A DNA stretch of 64,000 nt from Candidatus Woesebacteria bacterium (GTDB lineage Bacteria; Patescibacteriota; Microgenomatia; UBA8517): contig CP066693.1 in the NCBI GenBank assembly GCA_016432525.1, forward strand, positions 224,815 to 288,814. Direction: 5' to 3'. How positions within the stretch are numbered: position 1 is the stretch's first letter; each line of letters opens with the position of its first letter. The notes beneath the pieces are model-generated. The model saw only the letters and a list, made by a program, of their open reading frames with translations. It did not search any database and was not told where the DNA came from. The translations under genes were made by a program, and so were the position numbers. This document shows positions 25,262-34,558 of the stretch, in pieces.

Positions 25262-28057
25262 ATGCCTAAAAAGAAATTAAATAGAGAGCAGCTTACTGCA
25301 ATTAAATACACCAAAGGGCCTCTTTTAATTGTTGCAGGAGCAGGGACTGGAAAAACGACTGTAATTACTGAAAAAATAAAATATTTAATTAAAAACAATT
25401 TTGCAAACCCCCAAGAAATTTTAGCTCTCACCTTTACAGAAAAGGCATCATTTGAAATGCAAAGTAGGGTAGACGAAGAGCTAGCAGGTTTTTTAGATCT
25501 TTGGATCATGACTTTCCACAGTTTCTGCGACCGCATTCTCCGCGAATATGCTTTTCATGTAGGCCTTCCTAGAAATTACAAACTTTTACAAGAACAGGAG
25601 TCCATTGCTCTTCTCAAAAAAAACATTTTCAAACTTAAACTTGATTACTTCGCGCCTCTTGGAAATCCAACCAAATTTTTAGAAGATTTAAAAAATCACT
25701 TCAGCCGCCTTCAGGATGAAAATATAACCCCCAGTGAGTATTTGAAATTTGCAAAAGGCAAAAAAGACAGAATGACGAAAGAATTAGCCCAAGCCTACAA
25801 AATTTATGATGAAATAAAAATCAAAGAATCCTTTTTGGATTTTGGAGACCTAATCACAAAAACCATCCAACTTTTAAAAACCCGCCCCAATATTAGAAAA
25901 ATTTATCAAGAGAAATTTAAATATTTTTTAATCGATGAATTTCAAGATACAAACTATGCCCAAAATGAGCTAGCTCTTCTTTTAGTAAACAAAGACAAAA
26001 ACATCACAGTAGTGGGGGACGATGATCAGGCAATTTACAGATTTAGGGGCGCGGCGATTTCAAACATTCTAAATTTCCGAAACAAATTTCCGGATTCAAA
26101 AGTAATAGTTCTCAACAAAAACTACAGATCCCCACAAATAATTTTAGATAAAGCATATGATCTGATCAAACACAACAATCCCGACAGACTTGAAGTAACA
26201 GAAAACGTCAATAAAAAACTAATTTCAACCAAAAAGCTTAAAGGAAAAATTAAGTTTATTCACAAAAACAAAGAAACCGAAGAAGTTGAAGAGGTTGCAA
26301 AAAACATAATTGAGTTGACCAAAAAATCTTACGATTTCAAAGATATAGCAATTCTTGTTCGGGCAAATAATCATGCAAATTCATTCATAAAATCTTTTGA
26401 AAGATTAGGTATTCCTTACCAATTCTTAGGTCCAGAAAAACTATTTCAGAAAAAAGAAGTTTTAGAATTAACCTCTTATTTAAAAGTACTACAGGACCCC
26501 GACAACTCGGCATCTTTGTTTAAAGTTTTATCAATTGAAGAGCTGGGGATTAGATCGTTAGATTTAATAAAAATTTCAAATTTGGCAAAAAAGAAAAATA
26601 TAAGCTTATTTGATTCTTGTAAAGATTCAAAAAACGATAAAATTCTGAATATAGTTAATATTGTTGAAAATGATATAGAAAAAACAAAAAAAGAAACAGG
26701 TGGGCAAATCCTATTTTCCTTCTGGGAAAAATCAGGAATTTTATCTCAACTCTCCAAAAATATAGAAGGAAGTCAAGCGAAAATTGAAAACATTGCCAAA
26801 TTTTTTGAAAAAATAAAAACCTTTGAAGAAAACCAAAAAGATCCAAATATTTTTAACTTAGTGGATTGGATTGACTTAAATAGTGAAAAAGCTGATTCAC
26901 AATTTGAAAATAGTAATTGGCAAAACACAAACGCAGTAAACATATTAACTGTTCACGCCTCGAAAGGATTGGAGTTTCCTGTTGTTTTCTTGGTAAATTT
27001 AGTCTCTCTTAGATTTCCATCCCTAGGCAGAAGTGAAGTAATTCCAATTCCAAATGAGTTAATAAAAGAAACTCTTCCAAAAGGCGATTATCACCTCGAG
27101 GAGGAAAGAAGACTTTTTTATGTAGGTGTTACTCGCGCCAAAGAAAAACTTTTTTTAACAGCTGCAAATTACTACGCCGATGCAAAAAGAGAAAAAAAAC
27201 TCTCACCATTTATTTTTGAATCTCTGAGAGATGCAGTCGTTTCTGCTGAATTACCAATTACCAACCCACAACAGCTAACCCTTCGAAATTACGAGAAGGC
27301 TCTTTCACCTCTCCATGTAGATTATTTATCTTATTCTCAAATCGAAACCTTCCAAATCTGTCCGCTTCATTACAAATTAAGATATATTCTAAAACTTCCA
27401 CCAAAAGAGTCAGCAAGCCAAAGTTTTGGTATATCAATCCACAACACACTCGAGGATTTTTACGAAGAGGCAAAAATAAAAAAAATAAATTTAAAATCAC
27501 TTTTTAATCTTTATCAAAATAATTGGATAAACCAAGGATTTCTAGATAAAATCCACGAAGAAAAATTCTTTCAAAAAGGCAAAGAAATGCTCAAAAACTA
27601 CTATCAAAAAGAATTTAACAAAAAAAATATTCCCATTCTTCTTGAACAAAATTTTGTAGCATCACTTACTCACGAAAACCAAAAAATTCAAATAGGAGGC
27701 AAAATTGATAGAGTAGATGAGCTTTCCAATGGGACTATTGAAATAATTGATTACAAAACTGGTAAGTCAAAAACCCAAAAAGAGGTAGATTCTGATTTAC
27801 AACTTACTTTCTATGCTTTAGCGGCAACTAGAATTAAAGAATATCCATTTAACAAAAACCCACAAAAAATAAAATTAACTCTTCATTATCTGGATGAAGG
27901 AATAAAACTTCACACAACTCGTACAAAAAAAGATCTGGAAAAGGCAGTTAAAGAAATTTTTAAAATTAAAAAACAAATTGAAAACTCAGATTTTAAATGT
28001 AACCACGGTTTTCTTTGCCAAAACTGTGAATACTCTATTTTTTGCAAAGAAGAATAA
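25262..28057 (+). CDS. UvrD/PcrA-like SF1 helicase fused to a C-terminal Cas4/RecB-like PD-(D/E)xK nuclease with Cys cluster
   Basis: 931 aa. Walker A GAGTGKT, DEFQDTN, and helicase motifs through VHASKGLEFPVV...YVGVTRAKE. C-terminal GKIDRVDEL...IIDYKTGK nuclease core, ending CNHGFLCQNCEYSIFC. Confidence 0.85.
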   Translation: MPKKKLNREQLTAIKYTKGPLLIVAGAGTGKTTVITEKIKYLIKNNFANPQEILALTFTEKASFEMQSRVDEELAGFLDLWIMTFHSFCDRILREYAFHVGLPRNYKLLQEQESIALLKKNIFKLKLDYFAPLGNPTKFLEDLKNHFSRLQDENITPSEYLKFAKGKKDRMTKELAQAYKIYDEIKIKESFLDFGDLITKTIQLLKTRPNIRKIYQEKFKYFLIDEFQDTNYAQNELALLLVNKDKNITVVGDDDQAIYRFRGAAISNILNFRNKFPDSKVIVLNKNYRSPQIILDKAYDLIKHNNPDRLEVTENVNKKLISTKKLKGKIKFIHKNKETEEVEEVAKNIIELTKKSYDFKDIAILVRANNHANSFIKSFERLGIPYQFLGPEKLFQKKEVLELTSYLKVLQDPDNSASLFKVLSIEELGIRSLDLIKISNLAKKKNISLFDSCKDSKNDKILNIVNIVENDIEKTKKETGGQILFSFWEKSGILSQLSKNIEGSQAKIENIAKFFEKIKTFEENQKDPNIFNLVDWIDLNSEKADSQFENSNWQNTNAVNILTVHASKGLEFPVVFLVNLVSLRFPSLGRSEVIPIPNELIKETLPKGDYHLEEERRLFYVGVTRAKEKLFLTAANYYADAKREKKLSPFIFESLRDAVVSAELPITNPQQLTLRNYEKALSPLHVDYLSYSQIETFQICPLHYKLRYILKLPPKESASQSFGISIHNTLEDFYEEAKIKKINLKSLFNLYQNNWINQGFLDKIHEEKFFQKGKEMLKNYYQKEFNKKNIPILLEQNFVASLTHENQKIQIGGKIDRVDELSNGTIEIIDYKTGKSKTQKEVDSDLQLTFYALAATRIKEYPFNKNPQKIKLTLHYLDEGIKLHTTRTKKDLEKAVKEIFKIKKQIENSDFKCNHGFLCQNCEYSIFCKEE

Positions 28058-28061
28058 AAAT

Positions 28062-28090
28062 TTGACAACCCATAACTATTTTGATATTAT
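28062..28090 (+). promoter_or_regulatory. Near-consensus sigma70-type promoter TTGACA-N17-TATTAT
   Basis: TTGACA 28062-28067, 17-nt spacer, TATTAT 28085-28090. It points into the gene-free intergenic region between convergent genes. Confidence 0.4.
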
Positions 28091-28096
28091 ATCCAC

Positions 28097-28310
28097 ATCG
28101 TCCGATTCGATTTGTTTTTGGCCAAAATAGCGTCAAAAAAAAGGAGAATTTGTATGAGTCCTCCCAAGAATCGTTTCGCTCAATTCGCTTATTAATTCGT
28201 CACCGGCCCGGCCGCGAAAGTCCTTGAGAGGATAATCGCAAGCGTGACGGGGAGTGAACCGTAAATCGATTTATCTTTATCGGTTTCCACTCCTCGCCAC
28301 GCCTCTTACT
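28097..28310 (+). ncRNA. Candidate structured small RNA of unknown class (GC-rich island with long hairpin)
   Basis: Downstream of the promoter lies AAGGAG then a 13-codon mini-ORF (MSPPKNRFAQFAY). It is followed by a GC-rich segment that folds into GCGAAAGUCCU-UGAG-AGGAUAAUCGC and a ~20-bp interrupted hairpin GCGUGACGGGGAGUGAACCG...CGGUUUCCACUCCUCGCCACGC. Local GC is clearly above its surroundings by eye. Confidence 0.3.
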
Positions 28311-28573
28311 TACTTCAAGCCCATAACTAAAAACCCATATTTTTCAATGTCCTCTTTTTTCCAAAATTTTTGATCCTTAGTTTTCAATACAAAAGTGATC
28401 TTTTTAGAAATTTCTCTCCCTGTATACTTTTGTGTTCCTGGGTCGTATTCTTTCAAGATTAACGTGTCTCCTGGTTCGCACTCAAAATCCGCAATTCTCA
28501 TATCAAAGTTTTTAGTGCCAGATAATATTTTTTCAAACATAGTAGGCCATGTTTTCTTTTCAATTTTTCTCAT
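28310..28573 (-). CDS. ASCH/DUF3850-like small protein
   Basis: 87 aa. KTWPTMFEKILSGTKNFDMR...GDTLILKEY resembles ASCH-fold PUA-like proteins. Confidence 0.45.
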   Translation of the reverse strand: MRKIEKKTWPTMFEKILSGTKNFDMRIADFECEPGDTLILKEYDPGTQKYTGREISKKITFVLKTKDQKFWKKEDIEKYGFLVMGLK

Positions 28574-28630
28574 TTGGATATGTTATAATTCCAAGTAAAG
28601 CATAACACAAGGAGGTGTTTATGCGTGTTC

Positions 28631-29503
28631 TTAACACAGTGGTAGTGGTGGCCGAAAACTCATATTATTTCCTAAAAAATCTGTTTTAACAAAACATCCA
28701 GGGTAACTAATTTCTTTACCTCCAAAACTTTTCTTAAAATGACTAAATCCAAGCCATGATCCATTCGGAAACCTTTTGTCATAAATTCCCTCAAAATCAA
28801 ATATCTTTGCCTTATTTTTCTTGCTCCACAAAATTCCTTCCCAAACTATTTTGTATTGGTAAAGTTTCTTTCTTCCGTCTTTATTAGTAAACGCTTGCCA
28901 ATAGTAAGAAACATCTCCTGAGTTTAAAAATATCGCCCCCGAGTCACTTTTTTCTGAAGTTACAAACAGAGAATTCTTTCTAAAAGCTTTCTTCAGCTCA
29001 ATAAGATGTTGAAGTGGGGGAACATACCTTTTGATTCCAACCGCTCCTTTCCAATAATTTCTAAAATCATTTAAATCTCCTAATTCATACTTTCTAATAT
29101 TCAATCTATTATTTTTTTTAATCGCACTTCTGCAATCTTTTTCAAAATCTGTAAAAATTTTTTCTTTTCTTTGCTTTAAATCAATTTGCAATGTCTTCGT
29201 TGGAAGATATGGAGATTTACTTAACTTAAATCCATTTGCTTTGCATTCTGCGCTTTGAGTTTCATTTATAGGTTCAATAATAATCTGAAAAACTCTGTGT
29301 TTTTGGGCAATCTTTCCAATTTTTTGAAAATCCATATTTTGACCAGGTCTCTGAATTTTCAAAACACTTCCAATTAAAGGAAATTTCTTTACAAAAACAG
29401 AAACTTTGTCAATTTTTTCTACATTCCACCCAATTCTTGAAAGATATCTTGCGTATTCTTTGCTTTGTCTAATATCCTGCATTTCAAAAACTTGGGGAAA
29501 CAA
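28631..29503 (-). CDS. FemAB-family (aminoacyl-tRNA-dependent peptidoglycan aminoacyltransferase-like) protein, short paralog
   Basis: 290 aa. CRSAIKKNNRLNIRKYE (K.R.NIRK block), GDVSYYWQAF and the aromatic-rich C-terminus are typical of Fem/MurM proteins. Confidence 0.55.
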   Translation of the reverse strand: MFPQVFEMQDIRQSKEYARYLSRIGWNVEKIDKVSVFVKKFPLIGSVLKIQRPGQNMDFQKIGKIAQKHRVFQIIIEPINETQSAECKANGFKLSKSPYLPTKTLQIDLKQRKEKIFTDFEKDCRSAIKKNNRLNIRKYELGDLNDFRNYWKGAVGIKRYVPPLQHLIELKKAFRKNSLFVTSEKSDSGAIFLNSGDVSYYWQAFTNKDGRKKLYQYKIVWEGILWSKKNKAKIFDFEGIYDKRFPNGSWLGFSHFKKSFGGKEISYPGCFVKTDFLGNNMSFRPPLPLC

Positions 29504-30413
29504 ACTTACTTTTAGCTCTTAATATTGCCCACCTGAATTTTTCAAGAACCTTATAAATTTGGTAAGAATTGTTATCAATAACCAAATCCCATGTTCCCAG
29601 AAACTCAACAACTTTAGGATTAAACCCTTCTTTAAATTTAGTAAATCCCTTATTTTCTTCTCGTCCCCACAAATCAAAAATTTGCAACTTTAATTTTTGT
29701 CCCATTTTTATGGCCTCCCACATCATCAAATTATTTGGCATTACGTTTTTATATTTTTCTGTGCTTGCCCCGTACGGATAATACAAAAACCCATTATAAG
29801 CAAAGAGTATCCATGTGGTTATAATCTCTCCTTTATATTTAGCAACTAAAAGATGAGCAATTCCTGCTTCGCGAAGATATTTCCACATCAATCTATGATA
29901 TTTTTCGTTATGTGCATAAAACCCCTGTCTTTTAGAAGTCTCGGAAGTTAATTCTAAATATTTTTCAAAAGCTTTATCTGAATTATCCTCTATGACTTTA
30001 ACTCCTTTCCTTTCAGCCAGTCGAATATTGTAACGGGTTTTTGGCTTAAAACTTTTTAAAAGCTCCTCCTCTGATTTTGTCAAATCAATCCAAAAAGTAG
30101 TTGAAGTAAAAATTGTTTTTCCTCTTGCAGCTCCTGAATCCTTCAGTGTTTTAATTAATTTTTCTTCTTTTAAAACATTTGGTTCTAGTTTTATAAAAAT
30201 TAAATCCTTTTCTTCGCCAATTTTTTTAAGATCCAAAAGCATTTTAGAGGTGGGTATTGTTCCTTTTTCAAAAATTCCAATTTTTTTATTCAAAACCGGC
30301 ACTTTGTGAATAGTTAAATATCCATATTTGGTTTCCAAAACCTCATTTCCCCATTTTTTACGAAATTCTGCCCAAGAAGGGGACTGCAAAGGGTGTGTAT
30401 TTGGATTTTTCAT
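29484..30413 (-). CDS. FemAB-family peptidoglycan branch aminoacyltransferase
   Basis: 309 aa. SPSWAEF..WG, KPKTRYNIRLAERKGV, LFAYNGFLYYPYGAS and LMWEAIKMGQ blocks match FemX/FemA/MurM. Confidence 0.7.
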   Translation of the reverse strand: MKNPNTHPLQSPSWAEFRKKWGNEVLETKYGYLTIHKVPVLNKKIGIFEKGTIPTSKMLLDLKKIGEEKDLIFIKLEPNVLKEEKLIKTLKDSGAARGKTIFTSTTFWIDLTKSEEELLKSFKPKTRYNIRLAERKGVKVIEDNSDKAFEKYLELTSETSKRQGFYAHNEKYHRLMWKYLREAGIAHLLVAKYKGEIITTWILFAYNGFLYYPYGASTEKYKNVMPNNLMMWEAIKMGQKLKLQIFDLWGREENKGFTKFKEGFNPKVVEFLGTWDLVIDNNSYQIYKVLEKFRWAILRAKSKFVSPSF

Positions 30414-30452
30414 AAGCTAGTTATTGTAGTATATAACGTCCATTAAAGATAA

Positions 30453-32276
30453 TTAATCAAACTCCCATCTTTTTTGTCTTACATAATTTGCGTTTGATTT
30501 CAAAAGTTTTTCTGGAATGTCAATAACAAACCTGCTCACTGGATTTGAAATATTTTGCCCAAAATAAAGCCGCCTCTCGGCATAAGTCATATATAAAAGC
30601 TCTTTAGCTCTCGTAATCCCAACATAGGCAAGTCTTCTTTCTTCCTCAATTTCACTCGCTTCCATCAAAGATCTTGAATGAGGAAAAATCCCTTCTTCCA
30701 TTCCAACCATGAATACAACAGGAAACTCAAGGCCTTTTGCAGCATGAAGTGTCATAAGTGTGACATTATCTTCTTTCCCTTGCTCTTTCGAAGCCTTGGC
30801 GAATAAGGGTTCTGCTTCAACCAAAGCTACATTTTCCAAAAATTCATAGATTTTGGGAAATTCAATTGCAACCGACCTAAATTCTTTTATATTTTCAAGC
30901 TTTTGAAAATTTTCCTCAGTTTCTCGTTTATATTTTGATAAATAATCAGTCTCTTTTATAACCAAATCAAAAAGACCTAAAGTAGTATATTTCGCAATTT
31001 CCAAATTCTCTTGTAATTTTTTAAATTTTTCAAATCTTTTTACTCCCAATTTCTGAATTCTTTTTAAAGAAACACTATCTTTTGGATTAACTAAAACTCT
31101 CAAATACGACAAAATATCTTTAATTTCAGCCCTTTCATAAAATCTAACCCCTCCAACTAAAACATAAGGAATGCCAGAGTGGAGTAGTGCCTCTTCAATA
31201 ACTCTTGATTGTGCATTTGTCCTATATAAAATCGCAAAATCATTAAACTTAAATCCTAAGTCAAGAAGTAGTTTAATCTCAGAAACAATAAAGGAAGCCT
31301 CATCCATCCCGTTCCTAGCCCCATAAATATTAATTTTATCTCCCTCACTTTTTTCAGTCCACAAGGATAATATAGGGTGGGTTTTGTTATGCATAATTAC
31401 AGCATTGGCTGCTAAAAGTATATTCTTAGTTGACCGGTAATTTTGCTCCAAATTAACTATTTTTATATCAGGATAGTTCGAAATTAAATTATTAATATTT
31501 CTAAAATCAGCACCTCGCCATGAGTAAATTGACTGTGAAGCATCTCCAACTGCAGTTAGCGAATTATTTTTACCAACTAAAAGTTTTGTCAGTTGATACT
31601 GAATTTTATTAGTATCCTGCCATTCATCAACTAAAATATGAGAGAATTTGTTTTGCCATTTTCCTAGAACTTCAGGATTTTCTTTTAGAATATTGTAAGT
31701 TTTTATCAAAAGATCATCAAAATCCAGTGCTCCAATTTCTTTCAATTTCTTCTCGTATAAATTATAAATTTTAAATAAAGTCTCCTGAAAATCCCCTTGA
31801 ACTATTTCTGCGTATTGAAGTGGAGTTAGCATCTGATTCTTCAAATCTCCCAATTGATTTTGAATCAAACCCATTTGATATGATTCCTCAGGCAGATCAA
31901 GATCATCAATAATTTCTTTAATTAAACTTTTCTGATCAGAGTCATCATAAATAATGAAATTAGGCAAAATTCCTATAATTTGGCCTTCAATTCTCAAAAA
32001 CTTCACACAAAACGAGTGATATGTAGAAGCCAACGGAGGATCGTTTCCAATAAGTTTATAAATTCGTTCTTTCATTTCGTTTGCCGCTTTATTTGTAAAA
32101 GTCAAAAGAAGAATTTTGTGAGGATTTATATTTTTATTCAAAATAAAATACGCAGCTCTATATACCAATACTCGTGTTTTTCCAGATCCAGCTCCAGCCA
32201 AAACCAACAAAAATTGGCTCTCGTTCATAACAGCCTCTTTTTGTTGAGCGTTCAATTGGTCTAAAATAAGTGTCAC
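30453..32276 (-). CDS. UvrD/PcrA/Rep-type ATP-dependent DNA helicase
   Basis: 607 aa. LNAQQKEAV, AGAGSGKT, VDEWQDTN, LEQNYRST, MTLHAAKGLEFPVV, YVGITRAK. Confidence 0.85.
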   Translation of the reverse strand: MTLILDQLNAQQKEAVMNESQFLLVLAGAGSGKTRVLVYRAAYFILNKNINPHKILLLTFTNKAANEMKERIYKLIGNDPPLASTYHSFCVKFLRIEGQIIGILPNFIIYDDSDQKSLIKEIIDDLDLPEESYQMGLIQNQLGDLKNQMLTPLQYAEIVQGDFQETLFKIYNLYEKKLKEIGALDFDDLLIKTYNILKENPEVLGKWQNKFSHILVDEWQDTNKIQYQLTKLLVGKNNSLTAVGDASQSIYSWRGADFRNINNLISNYPDIKIVNLEQNYRSTKNILLAANAVIMHNKTHPILSLWTEKSEGDKINIYGARNGMDEASFIVSEIKLLLDLGFKFNDFAILYRTNAQSRVIEEALLHSGIPYVLVGGVRFYERAEIKDILSYLRVLVNPKDSVSLKRIQKLGVKRFEKFKKLQENLEIAKYTTLGLFDLVIKETDYLSKYKRETEENFQKLENIKEFRSVAIEFPKIYEFLENVALVEAEPLFAKASKEQGKEDNVTLMTLHAAKGLEFPVVFMVGMEEGIFPHSRSLMEASEIEEERRLAYVGITRAKELLYMTYAERRLYFGQNISNPVSRFVIDIPEKLLKSNANYVRQKRWEFD

Positions 32277-33352
32277 AAGCTATTCTAATGCAAAAGCTAA
32301 CAAAAAATAAAATTCTATTCCTTAAAATTAAAAGAAAAGCTTTAAAACATCTCTGGTTGGCTAGGTTTTTTCTATTGGCAATAATTTTTGTGATAATCTC
32401 AACTCCTGTTATATTTTTTGTATCCTGGTTTAATAATTCGCTAATAAAAAATTTCACCAATCTCGCCGAAGATTTTTTGTTTGCACCTCAATATAAACTT
32501 TCGAACACAGATGGAAGAGTAAATATTCTAGTTTTGGGAAAAGGTGGCATAGGTCACGACGCACCAGATCTGACAGATACAATGATTCTTGTTTCGGTTT
32601 CTCTAAAATCTCCAAAAATAGTTTCAATTTCAATTCCAAGAGATATTTGGGTGTCCGCTCTTCGAGCAAAAATAAATAGCGCATATTATTGGGGAAATCA
32701 AAAAGAAAATCAAGGCCTAACATTAGCCAAAGCAACCGTTGAAAATATAGTTTCAGTTCCAATTCATTACGCTGTAGTGATAGATTTTGGCGGTTTTACA
32801 AAAGTAATAGACACAATAGGGGGGGTTGACGTAAATATTAAATATTCTTTTACAGATAATCAATTTCCAATTGCAGGTAAAGAAGATGATACTTGTAATG
32901 GAGATTTAACTTATAAATGCAGATATGAAACAATCCATTTTGATCAAGGTATAACCCACATGGACGGGGAAACTGCTCTAAAATTTGTCCGATCTCGTCA
33001 TGCAGTTGGAGATCAAGGAACAGATTTTGCTCGTGATGAAAGACAGCAAGAGGTTATCTTGGCTATAAAAACCAAGATTCTATCCAAAGAAGTTTTGTTC
33101 TCGCCTCAAAAAGTTATAGATTTATTAAATTTAAGTAAAAACTATATTCAAACAGACATTAAAACAGAATCTATAGCTGTTTTAGCGCGATATGTCTTAA
33201 ACGGCAAAACCAATATCAAGACATTTGTTTTTCCTCAAGAATTTTTAATAAATCCTCCAATCTCTTCGACATACGATAATCAATATGTTTTTATTCCCAA
33301 TGGAGGAAACTGGTCAAAAGTTCAAGAATGGATAAAATCAATTCTTCCATAA
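32270..33352 (+). CDS. LytR-CpsA-Psr (LCP) family cell-envelope polymer transferase
   Basis: N-terminal TM helix. GRVNILVLGKGG...DLTDTMILVS...ISIPRDIWV and the RSRH...D.R motif. The true start is probably the ATG at 32288, which avoids overlapping the divergent helicase start. Confidence 0.8.
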   Translation: MSQAILMQKLTKNKILFLKIKRKALKHLWLARFFLLAIIFVIISTPVIFFVSWFNNSLIKNFTNLAEDFLFAPQYKLSNTDGRVNILVLGKGGIGHDAPDLTDTMILVSVSLKSPKIVSISIPRDIWVSALRAKINSAYYWGNQKENQGLTLAKATVENIVSVPIHYAVVIDFGGFTKVIDTIGGVDVNIKYSFTDNQFPIAGKEDDTCNGDLTYKCRYETIHFDQGITHMDGETALKFVRSRHAVGDQGTDFARDERQQEVILAIKTKILSKEVLFSPQKVIDLLNLSKNYIQTDIKTESIAVLARYVLNGKTNIKTFVFPQEFLINPPISSTYDNQYVFIPNGGNWSKVQEWIKSILP

Positions 33353-33355
33353 AGT

Positions 33356-34558
33356 TTAAAACTCCACCCATCCAAATTTATTAATCCAAATTACTCCCCA
33401 TAAATTAACAATCACTCCAATCAAAAGCAAAATCCAGTGATATTTTTTAAGTCCTGTCCTTGCAACTCCTTTTATGGTTAAAAATGTTAAAAACGGATAT
33501 AAATCAACAGCAAATCTGTATCCAAATTGAGCCCAACCAGTTCCTCCATGCATAAAAACAATGAATAAAATCGCAAACGAAGTAATACTTGCAATTTTAA
33601 CAACATTTTCTTTAATGTTTGCCATTAAACTAAAGACAAAAGCAGGAGTAGTAATCCATATAGAAAGTCCCCACCAGGATGGTTCTATAAAAGGTGTCCT
33701 ATCTAAAATTTTAGGAAACGACCAAAAAGCAGCTTTGATATTTGATGGAATATAATAAAAGCTCATTACTCCGTGCATAAACCAAGGCGTTTGTGTTTCA
33801 TGTAAAACTCGAGGAAGCAAAAAATAAGCCTTATCCCAAAATACTCCGAAACGAATAAAATTATAAAATGAGTCAAGACCAAAACTCAAAACTAAAGGTA
33901 AAAAAAATAAAATTATATTTTTAAAATTTCTTAAATCACGATTTAATAAAAATATAAAAAAGGGGAGAGAGATAATTGTATGTACTCTTGAAAGATATGA
34001 AATTCCAATACATAAAGAGACAAACCAAACTGATTTTTTGTATAAAGCTGCCCAGATAGCTACAAATAAAAAAAAGGCAGCTGTTATTTGTCCCAAATAC
34101 CAGCTTGATCCAACAGATCCCATATACCAAAGAATTGATCCTAAAGAGATTAAAATTGAGCTCCAAATTGCAATGCGCAAATCTCGCTTAATCTTTAAAG
34201 ATATGTAAAAAGTTAAAATTGGTATTGCTGCAGTCAAAATATGAGCTAAAATTTGTTGCTGAAAAGAGATACCAAAAACTAAAATAAATGGAATTAATAC
34301 TAAAGAAGGCCCAGGAGAATAGGGAACAAAAAATTTTCCACTTTTCCCTGGTATTAACTCAGAAAGCCATGGCGGATTTTCAGTTAAATAATATTTTCCA
34401 TGGATAAAAGCGTTTGTTAGTCGGGTAAAATAATCATAAGGTGTAGCGCCGGAAGAAGACAAAAAATAAACCATGAAAAAAAACAAAAAGGCCAGAACTA
34501 TTTTCATAGTACTTGTTCTCGGCTTTATTTTGAGAATTTTATTATTTAATTTTGGCAC
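33356..34558 (-). CDS. Polytopic membrane protein, possible GT-C-like glycosyltransferase or polymerase (hypothetical)
   Basis: 400 aa with more than ten TM helices. No catalytic motif identified with confidence. Confidence 0.4.
   Translation of the reverse strand: MPKLNNKILKIKPRTSTMKIVLAFLFFFMVYFLSSSGATPYDYFTRLTNAFIHGKYYLTENPPWLSELIPGKSGKFFVPYSPGPSLVLIPFILVFGISFQQQILAHILTAAIPILTFYISLKIKRDLRIAIWSSILISLGSILWYMGSVGSSWYLGQITAAFFLFVAIWAALYKKSVWFVSLCIGISYLSRVHTIISLPFFIFLLNRDLRNFKNIILFFLPLVLSFGLDSFYNFIRFGVFWDKAYFLLPRVLHETQTPWFMHGVMSFYYIPSNIKAAFWSFPKILDRTPFIEPSWWGLSIWITTPAFVFSLMANIKENVVKIASITSFAILFIVFMHGGTGWAQFGYRFAVDLYPFLTFLTIKGVARTGLKKYHWILLLIGVIVNLWGVIWINKFGWVEF

Noticed and set aside
28097-28310. 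Identification of the GC-rich RNA candidate as RNase P RNA, SRP/4.5S RNA, tmRNA, 5S rRNA, a TPP riboswitch, or a 23S rRNA fragment
   Set aside because: Only short coincidental matches were seen (GAAAGUCC; AGCGUGACGG; UGAGA/GAACC). The conserved cores of those families are absent, as is a tRNA-like 3' end, and the length does not fit. Left as unclassified pending Rfam covariance-model search.
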